Source: Shigella phage 2019SD1
DNA length: 53,145 nt
Sequence record: MT360681
Reading direction: 5' to 3' (one strand)
The position numbers and the translations under genes are program-made. This document shows, one piece after another, positions 1 through 9,632 of this stretch. The first letter of the stretch is position 1. Every line of letters begins with the position of its first letter. The notes under the pieces are model-generated. The model ran no database searches. It was not told the DNA's origin and was given only the letters and a program-made list of their open reading frames with translations.

Positions 1-178
1 CGGTAACGTGTTTAAAACGGAATCACGAATCGTTAAGGCTGACGGCTATAATGAGATCTTTAAGGGCGAGAATTGCAAATCGCGAGTAGAGCAACCATTC
101 TACATGCAATCAATGCCATACAAGACTCTTGCTGACTTTTACGAAAAAGATGGCACGGCAAAAGGGTTATTGACGGCA

Positions 179-1375
179 GATGAGGCGGCATTCCGTTCCT
201 TGTGGGATGAGAAGCGACTCAATGCAAAAATTATTGATGCGCTTTGTTGGTCGCGTTTGTTTGGTGGATCTGCAATCATTGCTCTTGTTCAGGATGGGCG
301 AGCGCTCAAATCACCTGTAAAGCCCGGTGCCATGCTGGAAGATGTGCGCGTTTATGATCGTTATCAGATTCGCGTTGAAGCGCGCGAAACTAATCCCCGC
401 AAGGTTCGCTATGGTGAGCCAGTGCTTTACACTGTAACGCCGGTGGAGACTTGCCGGAATACCGGTACACTACACGCGAGTTTGCATTATCGATGGGCAA
501 CGCAATTATTGCGGCGGAAGCAGCAGGCAGTATGGAAAGCTAAAGGACTCGCTGACTTGTGCGATGATGAGGAAGGTGTTAGCGCGGCACGCCTGAGACT
601 TGCGCAGGTTGACGATGAGGGTGGAGTAGGCAAGGCTATTGGTATTGATGCTGAGGATGAGGAATATGATGTTCTTAACTCCGACATTAGCGGAGTTGAT
701 TCTTTCTTGAAAAGAAAATGGATCGCATTGTTTCCCTTTCAGGTATTCATGAAATCATCCAGTAAATCACGAATCGTTAAGGCTGACGGCTATAATGAGA
801 TCTTTAAGGGCGAGAATTGCAAATCGCGAGTAGAGCAACCATTCTACATGCAATCAATGCCATACAAGACTCTTGCTGACTTTTACGAAAAAGATGGCAC
901 GGCAAAAGGGTTATTGACGGATCGCATTGTTTCCCTTTCAGGTATTCATGAAATCATCCTGAAAAATAAAAACGTTGGCGGCGTTAGCGCAAGCCAAAAC
1001 ACGGCGCTTGAAACATTCTATAAACTTATTGAGCGAAAACGCGTTGAGGATTACAAGCCTATTCTTGAATTTCTATTACCGTTCATCATTAGTGAGCAGG
1101 AGTGGAGCATTGAGTTTTCACCTTTGAGCGTGCCTAGCGATAAAGATCAGGCTGAAATTCTGAATAAGAATATCGACTCAATCAGCAAGGCTATTGATGG
1201 TCAGTTCCTTGATGTTGAAGAAGCGCGAGACACGTTGCGAGCAATCGCCCCAAGCGTTAAACTAAAGGACACTAATAAAATCAAGCTGCCGGAGCCAGCG
1301 GAGCCGGAGCCGAGCACACAGGGAATGAGTAGACGCTTTACGGTCAATGGCACGGCCTTGCAGAGTCATCGCTAA
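179..1375 (+). CDS. Portal protein (probable); 5' end wraps to about 53035 at window end; carries a 156-bp displaced duplicate insert at 765-920
   Basis: Long ORF directly downstream of large terminase and upstream of MuF-like head gene; acidic C-terminal tail typical of portals; window positions 1-178 are mosaic copies of other regions. Confidence 0.45.
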   Translation, partial: DEAAFRSLWDEKRLNAKIIDALCWSRLFGGSAIIALVQDGRALKSPVKPGAMLEDVRVYDRYQIRVEARETNPRKVRYGEPVLYTVTPVETCRNTGTLHASLHYRWATQLLRRKQQAVWKAKGLADLCDDEEGVSAARLRLAQVDDEGGVGKAIGIDAEDEEYDVLNSDISGVDSFLKRKWIALFPFQVFMKSSSKSRIVKADGYNEIFKGENCKSRVEQPFYMQSMPYKTLADFYEKDGTAKGLLTDRIVSLSGIHEIILKNKNVGGVSASQNTALETFYKLIERKRVEDYKPILEFLLPFIISEQEWSIEFSPLSVPSDKDQAEILNKNIDSISKAIDGQFLDVEEARDTLRAIAPSVKLKDTNKIKLPEPAEPEPSTQGMSRRFTVNGTALQSHR

Positions 1376-1395
1376 GGAAGTTATTCACAAATATT

Positions 1396-2103
1396 GTGAA
1401 AGTGAAGGGCGTTGTTAAACAATGGCGCTTTCCTGAAGCAAGCGAGCGGCAACTTAGCCGCTCAATTCAGGAGGCAATCAGAGATCTTGTAATTCTCATG
1501 CGCAAGCGAACAAAAGCGATGAAGTTTGACGCAACAGATAATGAGATCAACAGCGCAGAAGATGAAATTAACAGCGGCAACAAATTAACAGCGGCAACTG
1601 ACCTTATAGCTGGCATTGTTTCCACTCTTCCTGCAATCGCGTTGACCATTTATAAATTCAATGCGAAGCAGTTTATCAATGTTGCCAAGTCAACAGGCGG
1701 AAAGGATAACACGGCGGTAATTGTTTTGATCGCGATTGGCGCTAACGCTAACGAGGTGGTATCTGACTGGTCAACAAACATTCGCAATGCAAACTTTCGC
1801 GGAAGCAATGATAAACAGGTTAATGATCTTGCAGAAAAGAGATTTGCTGTTTATAGCTCTTGGGGTAAAACGAGATCAGAAAACATTATCGGCGCGTGGA
1901 ATAGTCGCCTGATGCGCCAGCGCCTTTATGATGCTAAGGTGACTCATTATTTCTGGCATGGAATGTTAGATGATAGAGAGCGCTTGCAGCATGTGTTATG
2001 GGAAGGAAAAAGAATATCGCTTGATGCAATTCATGATTTCCACGGTGAGCCGTGGGGTTGCCGTTGCTGGGCGATTCCAGATTGGAATAATAAAGGAGAG
2101 TAA
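1396..2103 (+). CDS. Head morphogenesis protein (Mu F / SPP1 gp7-like minor head protein)
   Basis: Position after portal; C-terminal region with conserved Cys pair (..GEPWGCRCWAIPDW..) as in MuF-like proteins. Confidence 0.4.
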   Translation: MKVKGVVKQWRFPEASERQLSRSIQEAIRDLVILMRKRTKAMKFDATDNEINSAEDEINSGNKLTAATDLIAGIVSTLPAIALTIYKFNAKQFINVAKSTGGKDNTAVIVLIAIGANANEVVSDWSTNIRNANFRGSNDKQVNDLAEKRFAVYSSWGKTRSENIIGAWNSRLMRQRLYDAKVTHYFWHGMLDDRERLQHVLWEGKRISLDAIHDFHGEPWGCRCWAIPDWNNKGE

Positions 2104-2118
2104 TTAAAACTAAAGTCG

Positions 2119-3384
2119 ATGGCATTCCGGCGCAGATTGCAGAAGCTGTTAAGAAGGCAAAGACTGACGCAGAAGAACATGCCAAGCTGGTTGCAGATGC
2201 AACAGAAATTGGCATCAAGTGTGACGGCTAGCGTCGGGTTAAGGCGCATTTTGATGGACGCTAAAGCGATCAAGGTTACTTACGTCAAAGAAGTCACTGG
2301 CGCTGATATTTCAGAAAAAGCCGATGCATATATTGAAACAGCTTTTGACCTTGCGAAGCAGTCTGATAAAATGGCGGCGCAGCGTAAATCTGTTAAGGGC
2401 GATTCTTTCGAATCTGGCAAGAGTGAAAAACCGACTCCCTTGATCCGACTGCTCGTTATAATGGTTTTAGTGGATCGCCCAATTGTGGCGCGAATTGGTT
2501 TGCAGGAGTACCGCACACCGTATGGAATCAGACGAGAGTTCCGACCAGCCTCAGAGGTGTTTAAGGCTGATTCGCTTGCTACGTTCGCAGGCAAGCCGAT
2601 CACTATTGGTCACGTCACTGTGACGCCAGATAATGCGGATCAAGTTGTCGTTGGTTCATGCGCTGGCGCTGGTGTTCCAAATGGGATTGGCGTTGAAGTT
2701 CCGTTAAGCATTTACTCAAAGCGAGCAATTGAGAGCGCAAAAAGAAAGACACGGCGGAAATTTCAGTTGGTTACACATCGGTTGATATTGACAAGCGGCT
2801 GGGGTAATAATAAAACTGGTGATTACTTGTTTGAGGAAGACCTCAAGGAAGACTGGAAGCCTGATTCTCCTGATTGGGTTAAATTTGACGCCATTCAGAC
2901 GAATATCCGCGTTAATCACATTGCGCTTGTCTTTCGTGGTCGTGCTGGCATTGCCAAATTAAATCTTGATAGCGAACAGGATTTTCCGTATAGTGACGAG
3001 GTTCCAAATGACAAAGGAGATGAGGAAATGACAGTAAAAATCAAACTTGATGGCGCGGTAGAATTTGATGTTCCAAAGGCCGTTGCTGATCATATTGAGG
3101 CGTTAAAGGCAGATGCAAAAGCTGCAACCGAAAAGCTGATGGCCTTGAGGCCGAGCGCGACGCCCGACGCTAAAGCGATCAAGGTTACTTACGTCAAAGA
3201 AGTCACTGGCGCTGATATTTCAGAAAAAGCCGATGCATATATTGAAACAGCTTTTGACCTTGCGAAGCAGTCTGATAAAATGGCGGCGCAGCGTAAATCT
3301 GTTAAGGGCGATTCTTTCGAATCTGGCAAGAGTGAAAAACCGACTCCCTTGATCCGACTGCTCGTTCTATGGGCAATAAGCTAA
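2119..3384 (+). CDS. Head scaffold / prohead protease-like protein; contains displaced ~200-bp duplicate (2262-2460 = 3170-3368)
   Basis: Position between MuF-like gene and capsid genes; charged coiled-coil-like C-terminus; N-terminal 50 aa of this frame look out of frame relative to a better-reading alternative frame. Confidence 0.3.
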   Translation: MAFRRRLQKLLRRQRLTQKNMPSWLQMQQKLASSVTASVGLRRILMDAKAIKVTYVKEVTGADISEKADAYIETAFDLAKQSDKMAAQRKSVKGDSFESGKSEKPTPLIRLLVIMVLVDRPIVARIGLQEYRTPYGIRREFRPASEVFKADSLATFAGKPITIGHVTVTPDNADQVVVGSCAGAGVPNGIGVEVPLSIYSKRAIESAKRKTRRKFQLVTHRLILTSGWGNNKTGDYLFEEDLKEDWKPDSPDWVKFDAIQTNIRVNHIALVFRGRAGIAKLNLDSEQDFPYSDEVPNDKGDEEMTVKIKLDGAVEFDVPKAVADHIEALKADAKAATEKLMALRPSATPDAKAIKVTYVKEVTGADISEKADAYIETAFDLAKQSDKMAAQRKSVKGDSFESGKSEKPTPLIRLLVLWAIS

Positions 3385-4069
3385 TTAAGCCGATGGCGGC
3401 AAGCGGCAAGGCTTACGGTGTTGCAATTCGATCCCACTTCCAGACGACTTCGGCTGACGGTCGAATGATTTATGAATCTGGCAGCGGAATCAACGTAATG
3501 ACTGAGGGCGTGTTTGGATGCGTTACGGTCAGGTTTCTGACACTTCAGCTTATAATATTGATGGCGCTTGTGTTCTTGAGAATGCAGCAGGCAACCAGAA
3601 CAAAAACATTTTTGTTGGTGTTGCAGTCCAGCATGGCGGCGTTGATGAAGGCAAAACAAAGATTTTGGCTAAAGACGCTTCCGCGCCAGCGTTCGGCGCT
3701 ACAATCAAACTTTCTGATGATGGTCAGGTTGATACCGCGTCTGGCACTATCGAAACCAACTGGATCGCGACTGGTGATTTCACCGAGTTTCAAGACTTGA
3801 AGCTGGTAGAGGTTCAGGTGCAAAAGTTCCGGCAGTTTCAGCAGGTTAATAAATATGGCGCTCACTTGGCTAAAGACGCTTCCGCGCCAGCGTTCGGCGC
3901 TACAATCAAACTTTCTGATGATGGTCAGGTTGATACCGCGTCTGGCACTATCGAAACCAACTGGATCGCGACTGGTGATTTCACCGAGTTTCAAGACTTG
4001 AAGCTGGTAGAGGTTCAGGTGCAAAAGTTCCGGCAGTTTCAGCAGGTTAATAAATATGGCGCTCACTGA
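3369..4069 (+). CDS. Head-associated protein (hypothetical; possibly decoration protein); frame change near 3515 and tandem ~214-bp duplication at C-terminus
   Basis: Two overlapping ORFs 3369-3800 and 3518-4069 that read as one protein if a 1-bp indel is assumed; 3662-3876 repeated at 3877-4069. Confidence 0.3.
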
Positions 4070-4094
4070 GCGCCTTTTATATTTGGAGTTTCTC

Positions 4095-4707
4095 ATGAGT
4101 GATTATTCAGTCATTGTTGGCGTTGAGTCGCGGGTGCATGGTCGATTCTTCAATAATGGTGATTAACGGATCTTTCGTGGACTCGTGCATATATGAGGAT
4201 GGTGATCCCGTTAATGTGGTTAGTATAGGTAATGTGTGGTGCTTAACTTCTGAGAGCGAAGCGCCAGAATACGGGGATAAAGTATTTGTTACGCCGGATG
4301 GCGACGCGTCTTACAGCGAAGGTGATTTGCTGAGCGGGTGGTTTTTCACTGGCGATCATTGCGGAGATGAATTTATTGCGCCGGGTAAGATTGTTCGGCT
4401 ATCACATATAACAAATGGATACAAAATAGCCAGTGTTAATGGTGGTCTTGTTATTGGCGTGGCAGTAAGACCGCCGGACTCGTGCATATATGAGGATGGT
4501 GATCCCGTTAATGTGGTTAGTATAGGTAATGTGTGGTGCTTAACTTCTGAGAGCGAAGCGCCAGAATACGGGGATAAAGTATTTGTTACGCCGGATGGCG
4601 ACGCGTCTTACAGCGAAGGTGATTTGCTGAGCGGGTGGTTTTTCACTGGCGATCATATAAAGACTGGCCCCGACTCATACATCGTTGGAGTAAGCTTTAG
4701 CGCATAA
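4095..4707 (+). CDS. Hypothetical structural protein; ~180-bp segment duplicated (4183-4362 = 4480-4660)
   Basis: ATG at 4095 after GGAG-like RBS; frame break after ~23 codons; repeated peptide DSCIYEDGDPVNVVSIGNVW..FFTGDH. Confidence 0.25.
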
Positions 4708-4725
4708 CACAAAATTATGTTGCAC

Positions 4726-4743
4726 GTTTAACAAAAATGCTAT
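4726..4743 (-). promoter_or_regulatory. Conserved promoter-like motif copy (variant), leftward orientation
   Basis: GTTTAACAAAAATGCTAT. Confidence 0.35.
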
Positions 4744-4776
4744 CATTGGGGCGTTACATACTAACAGCCTTTATAT

Positions 4777-5724
4777 ATGGAGGAAGAAATTCCGCCGTCT
4801 ATGGAAAAAGAAAAATTTGATCAGCTAGATGCGGATATTGTTTCCAGCTATCTGGCTACTCGCGGCGTTAAGGGTGATGCTTCTGATATGGGTATCTGGA
4901 CTGCGCAAGAGCTTCACAAGATCCGCTCAGCTGCTTACGAGAAAGAGTATCCGGCAGGTTCTGCGCTTCGTGTATTCCCAGTAACTAATGAGCTTTCTGA
5001 TACTGATAAGACTTTTGAATATCAGATGTTTGACAAGGTTGGTTACGCAAAAATTATCGCTGATTACACCGATGACCTGCCTACCGTTGACGCGCTGATG
5101 TCTAGCGAATTCGGTAAAGTGTTCCGCTTGGGTAACGCGTTCTTGATCTCAATTGACGAAATCAAGGCTGGTCAGCGCACTGGTAAGAGCCTTTCCACTC
5201 GCAAGGCAAACGCAGCGCAAAACGCTCATGATCAGGAAGTTAACCGCACGGTGTTTAAGGGTTCAAAGCCGCACAAGATTATTTCAGTTTTCGATCATCC
5301 TAACTTAACCAAGATTCCATCAACTGGATGGTTGAGCAACGATGAGAACACCAAGTTCCTGAAACGGCTTCGGGCGATCTTGAAAAGGCTATTGAAACTA
5401 TCGAGAAGATCACTAATGGTCAGCACCGCGCAACAAATATCCCGCAAGGTTCTTTCCGTTCGAATGGAAAACACCACTGAAAGTTATCTGGAATACTTCC
5501 AGAAACAAAACAGCGGAATCACCATTGACTCAATCGCAGAGCTTGAGGATATTGATGGCACTGGAACGAAAGGTTGCACGGTATATGAGAAAGACCCGAT
5601 GAACATGTCTATCGAAATTCCAGAAGCATTTAACATGCTTCCGGCGCAACCAAAAGATCTGCATTTCAAAGTTCCGTGCACTTCAAAATGTACTGGTCTG
5701 ACGATTTATCGTCCTTTACGCTAG
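4777..5724 (+). CDS. Major capsid protein (probable), with an internal frame disruption near 5360-5450
   Basis: 315-aa ORF in head module; sequence character of phage major head proteins; an alternative frame reads ..SGDLEKAIETIEKITNGQHRATNIP.. through the region where the main frame looks scrambled. Confidence 0.45.
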   Translation: MEEEIPPSMEKEKFDQLDADIVSSYLATRGVKGDASDMGIWTAQELHKIRSAAYEKEYPAGSALRVFPVTNELSDTDKTFEYQMFDKVGYAKIIADYTDDLPTVDALMSSEFGKVFRLGNAFLISIDEIKAGQRTGKSLSTRKANAAQNAHDQEVNRTVFKGSKPHKIISVFDHPNLTKIPSTGWLSNDENTKFLKRLRAILKRLLKLSRRSLMVSTAQQISRKVLSVRMENTTESYLEYFQKQNSGITIDSIAELEDIDGTGTKGCTVYEKDPMNMSIEIPEAFNMLPAQPKDLHFKVPCTSKCTGLTIYRPLR

Positions 5725-6125
5725 TGCTTATTACTGGCTTGAAAAATCTGATTAATCGTATAACATTTGGGAATCCTTAACTGGATTCCCTTTTTATGGA
5801 GGTTATGAAATGGCTAAAGAAAAACTGTAACGCTAAAGGTTTCCGGCGTGTGTCTTATCATTGTTGATGGTGAGCATCATCATCCGTAAAGAGTTTGACG
5901 TAGAAGAATCAAAATTGAAAACAAGCGCGTTTGAATATCTAATTGCAAAAGGCGATCTGGAGGTTAAAGACAACTCCGCATTGAATGAAGAAATCAAACA
6001 GAAAGCAGCAAGCAAACGTAAAAAGACCCGCGAGAGGGCAAGAGCAAAGCCGAACTTGAAGACGGCGGCATCTATTAATAAAGAGGGCGCTATAAGCGCC
6101 CTTTGTCATATCTGGAGGAAACACA

Positions 6126-6569
6126 ATGGTTGATGAATTTTTCACTGACGCAGAAATCACGCAGCAAATCGTGAAATTGGCGCCACCGATGAAGCAGATT
6201 GATCCAGATTTAATGGAGGCATGGATTGATCTTGCAAAGGAATTTGTTTGCAAGAAGCGGTTTAAAGAATCATATCCCAAAGCGGTTGCTCTTTATACGT
6301 TGCACCTTATGACGCTTGACGGAGCGATGAAGCAAGAAGGGAAAGCGGTTGATGAATTTTTCACTGACGCAGAAATCACGCAGCAAATCGTGAAATTGGC
6401 GCCACCGATGAAGCAGATTGATCCAGATTTAATGGAGGCATGGATTGATCTTGCAAAGGAATTTGTTTGCAAGAAGCGGTTTAAAGAATCATATCCCAAA
6501 GCGGTTGCTCTTTATACGTTGCACCTTATGACGCTTGACGGAGCGATGAAGCAAGAAGGGAAAGCGTAG
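6126..6569 (+). CDS. Hypothetical head-tail connector-like protein; exact tandem 219-bp duplication (6129-6347 and 6348-6566)
   Basis: ORF with 73-aa unit repeated twice in frame. Confidence 0.3.
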   Translation: MVDEFFTDAEITQQIVKLAPPMKQIDPDLMEAWIDLAKEFVCKKRFKESYPKAVALYTLHLMTLDGAMKQEGKAVDEFFTDAEITQQIVKLAPPMKQIDPDLMEAWIDLAKEFVCKKRFKESYPKAVALYTLHLMTLDGAMKQEGKA

Positions 6570-6633
6570 AGAGTTACTCTCGGCGCGTGGCATCATTTTC
6601 CTGACTGGTGAATTTAGTCAGACTTTTGATCGA

Positions 6634-7130
6634 GTGTCAGGCGAATCTAGCGGAAAAGAGATCAGGCAAACTCCGTGGGGTAAAATGTATGAAACGTTAA
6701 ATCGCAAAAAGGCGGCGGATTTGGCCTTTTACTGGATTTCGGAGGCGCTGCAAATGAACTATAACGAGATCGCAAGAATGGCAACTGAAGGAATAAACTT
6801 CTTCAGTGATGGCAACGGTGAGTTTAAGTGCATAACGCAGCGTGGAAGCGTTGAAATCATCGGAGGCGAAGAAGTAGAAAAGCCAGAGATCAGTGTAATG
6901 ATTAAAGGTTTAATTCGTTCCCCAAAATTCCGCGAGGTTGACGGAGAGACAATACGAGTAACCGATAAGTTGGGAGTTTTAACAACAAGTTTGAAATTAA
7001 GAACGGGTATCATATTGATGTTGATGGTGAATTATATGTTGTAGTTGAAGCAAGGCCAATCAGACAAACAAATGTCACTGTTGCTTATCGGCCTATTTTG
7101 AGAAGGATTTCCGTACATGGCTAAAAACTA
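6634..7130 (+). CDS. Hypothetical head-tail adaptor-like protein (frame disrupted near 7000)
   Basis: ORF 6634-7044 plus better-reading continuation in another frame to about 7130. Confidence 0.25.
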
Positions 7131-7816
7131 CACGATAAGGAATTTCACGGCAACATTGATGCGTGGATAAACGCCGTTGATAATGGCCTGAAAGATTGCG
7201 TGGAGTTGTTCGCCGAAAAGTACACACAGATTTGGTTAAGCGTTCTCCGGTTGATACTGGTCGTTACCGTGCAAACTGGCAGGTAACAGCAAACAAGCCG
7301 CCATTGTATGCGCTTAACCAGTACGATAAGCACGGCGACAAAACTATCGCGGAAGGAAAGCGCGCCATATACGCGATTTTACGAGTTAAGCGTTCTCCGG
7401 TTGATACTGGTCGTTACCGTGCAAACTGGCAGGTAACAGCAAACAAGCCGCCATTGTATGCGCTTAACCAGTACGATAAGCACGGCGACAAAACTATCGC
7501 GGAAGGAAAGCGCGCCATATACGCGATTTTACGAGGTGGTGGCGCAGTAAGAGCCATTTATTTTTCTAACATGCTTATTTATGCTAACGCGCTTGAGTAC
7601 GGTCATTCAAAACAAGCGCCAGCGGGTGTACTTGGGATTGTAGCGGTTAAGTTGAGATCTTATATGGCTGAAGCAATAAAAGAGTCGAGGGCTAAAATGC
7701 ACTATGAATTAATGCTATCGGCGCGTAAAGCGCTGGCGACTGAATACGAAAGCAGATTCATGATCGCTTATGAGAACGTAGAGTTTACGCCACCGGTGAC
7801 GGTTCGCCGTGGTTGA
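7090..7816 (+). CDS. HK97 gp10-like tail/neck component; exact tandem 150-bp duplication (7235-7384, 7385-7534)
   Basis: Motif ..VDTGRYRANW.. and ..IYANALEYGH.. resembling HK97 gp10 family; N-terminus in a different frame suggests indels. Confidence 0.4.
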
Positions 7817-8268
7817 AGTTTGACTATGCCGAAGTTGACACAGAATACTTGTCATTGGATCGCAAATGCGTTTCTTATATTGGAATGATTCAGGTTGGCA
7901 TTGTGTTTCCACCGGTTACGGAACTGACAGGCCGCGCGTTCTCGCTAAAGAGATTGCGCAATTCTTTTACGATGGTAAAATGCTGGAGCATGGTTATATA
8001 TATGAGGGTGCAAGAGTTCACAAGCCGCTCAAGAGTGAAAGCGGTTGGCTTCTCCTGCGTTTCTTATATTGGAATGATTCAGGTTGGCATTGTGTTTCCA
8101 CCGGTTACGGAACTGACAGGCCGCGCGTTCTCGCTAAAGAGATTGCGCAATTCTTTTACGATGGTAAAATGCTGGAGCATGGTTATATATATGAGGGTGC
8201 AAGAGTTCACAAGCCGCTCAAGAGTGAAAGCGGTTGGCTTCTCCTGTAAGATTTTATGTTCGAATTGA
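7813..8268 (+). CDS. Hypothetical tail completion / terminator-like protein; tandem ~189-bp duplication (7866-8054, 8055-8243); reading frame ambiguous
   Basis: Two overlapping ORFs in different frames both span the duplicated unit. Confidence 0.2.
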   Translation: MKFDYAEVDTEYLSLDRKCVSYIGMIQVGIVFPPVTELTGRAFSLKRLRNSFTMVKCWSMVIYMRVQEFTSRSRVKAVGFSCVSYIGMIQVGIVFPPVTELTGRAFSLKRLRNSFTMVKCWSMVIYMRVQEFTSRSRVKAVGFSCKILCSN

Positions 8269-8286
8269 AACAAAGGAGTAAAAATT

Positions 8287-8910
8287 ATGCATTTACCAAA
8301 TGGATCGCAAATTTTCGTTGAGAGCAATCGCGGCAGCGAAATCCAAGCAACGGCAGTGTCAAACGCTAAAGATCCTGTATTCACCGTTGCATCTGGCGGC
8401 ACTACGTACAAGAAAGGTGATTATGTGATCATCACCGCTTCATCTTGGGGTAAGATGATTGATCGTGTTATGCGTGTGAAGGCTGACGGTGAAGAAACAA
8501 GCGTAACTCTTGAAGGTGTAGACACTACTGATCAGAACGTGTTTCCGCACGGCGGTACTGCATCTTTTGCCAAGATTGATGCATGGACGGAGATCCCTTG
8601 CGTTCAGGATTTGTCGCAGGACGGTGGTGAACAGCAATACTACACTTATCAGTGTTTGTCAGATGACCGGGAACAGCAGTTACCTACATATAAGAGCGCC
8701 GTTTCTCTGACATATACTTTTGCTCACGAATACGATAACCCGATCTATCCGCTATTACGTTCAGCAGATGAATCAGGCGAAGTAACCGCTCTTCGCATGT
8801 ATGTACCAAAAGCAAAAGAGATGCGTTGCTGGGCTGGTGTGCTTTCGTTTAACGAGATCCCGCAAACGACCGTTAACGAAATGGAAACTGTTTCCTTTCT
8901 GTATCACTGA
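8287..8910 (+). CDS. Major tail protein (probable)
   Basis: GAGT-like RBS plus ATG at 8287; position immediately upstream of chaperone and tape measure genes; followed by strong terminator. Confidence 0.4.
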   Translation: MHLPNGSQIFVESNRGSEIQATAVSNAKDPVFTVASGGTTYKKGDYVIITASSWGKMIDRVMRVKADGEETSVTLEGVDTTDQNVFPHGGTASFAKIDAWTEIPCVQDLSQDGGEQQYYTYQCLSDDREQQLPTYKSAVSLTYTFAHEYDNPIYPLLRSADESGEVTALRMYVPKAKEMRCWAGVLSFNEIPQTTVNEMETVSFLYH

Positions 8911-8952
8911 AAGGTCGATTCACCTTCCTACCTTCTCAAGTAGAGTAATAAC

Positions 8953-8976
8953 AAGGGGCGTTGCGCCCTTTTTGTT
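8953..8976 (+). terminator. Rho-independent terminator after major tail gene
   Basis: GGGGCG-TTG-CGCCC stem-loop followed by TTTTTGTT. Confidence 0.6.
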
Positions 8977-9011
8977 ACTGTACAATCAAGATACACGATT
9001 CATAATCAATT

Positions 9012-9032
9012 CTTTTAACAAAAAGTGCTATC
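9012..9032 (-). promoter_or_regulatory. Conserved promoter-like motif copy, leftward orientation
   Basis: CTTTTAACAAAAAGTGCTATC. Confidence 0.35.
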
Positions 9033-9043
9033 AAGGGAAAGAA

Positions 9044-9412
9044 ATGTCAAAAATGAAATTGACGATTGGGCCGCTTCCTGACTTTAAGTTACCAGTGAAA
9101 TTTGCAATGCCTAACGGAGAAGATCAAACAATTATCTTCACAGTTCGCCACCGCAAAACAAGTGAGATTCACGAGCGATACACGTCAGATACTCCAATGA
9201 GCGATGTTGAAATGATCACCTTCCTTGCTTCTGGTTGGAATCTTGATGATGAATTTAACGAAGAAAATATTAAACAGCTTCTTGATTACTACCCAGCAAC
9301 AGCAATCGGGTTAACTAGCGCATACATGAAAGCGCTTGCGGGGCAGCGAGTAAAAACTAAAAAGGGCGGTTTACCTGTTTTATCAGAAACCGCCGACAGA
9401 TGCAGAGCTTGA
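9044..9412 (+). CDS. Tail assembly chaperone (lambda G-like)
   Basis: ATG after AAGGGAAAG RBS; ~120-aa acidic protein immediately upstream of tape measure gene; A-AAA-AAG heptamer near 3' end. Confidence 0.5.
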   Translation: MSKMKLTIGPLPDFKLPVKFAMPNGEDQTIIFTVRHRKTSEIHERYTSDTPMSDVEMITFLASGWNLDDEFNEENIKQLLDYYPATAIGLTSAYMKALAGQRVKTKKGGLPVLSETADRCRA

Positions 9413-9632
9413 GGCTGTTGGCCTTACAAGGGCAGACTATGAAGGAGAAGATCCGCCAGAGGTTATATTTGATGAAAGCATGATGCAATCATGGGATATA
9501 TTTTGCGCAATGCAAACGCAATGGAGATGTTCAGGCGGTGGCGCTTACGGATTTGATTATAATGTCTTGCCTATGCTTTTGAGATTTACAAGGTTGAGGA
9601 TCGCGAGATGTCAGAACAATACGCAGGCTTGA
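9375..9632 (+). CDS. Tail assembly chaperone T-domain-like extension (frameshift product, GT-like)
   Basis: Alternative frame reads ..PTDAELEAVGLTRADYEGEDPPEVIFDESMMQSWDIFCAMQTQWRCSGGGAYGFDYNVLPMLLRF.. resembling lambda gpT-type domains; overlaps end of G-like gene and start of tape measure. Confidence 0.35.
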   Translation: MFYQKPPTDAELEAVGLTRADYEGEDPPEVIFDESMMQSWDIFCAMQTQWRCSGGGAYGFDYNVLPMLLRFTRLRIARCQNNTQA

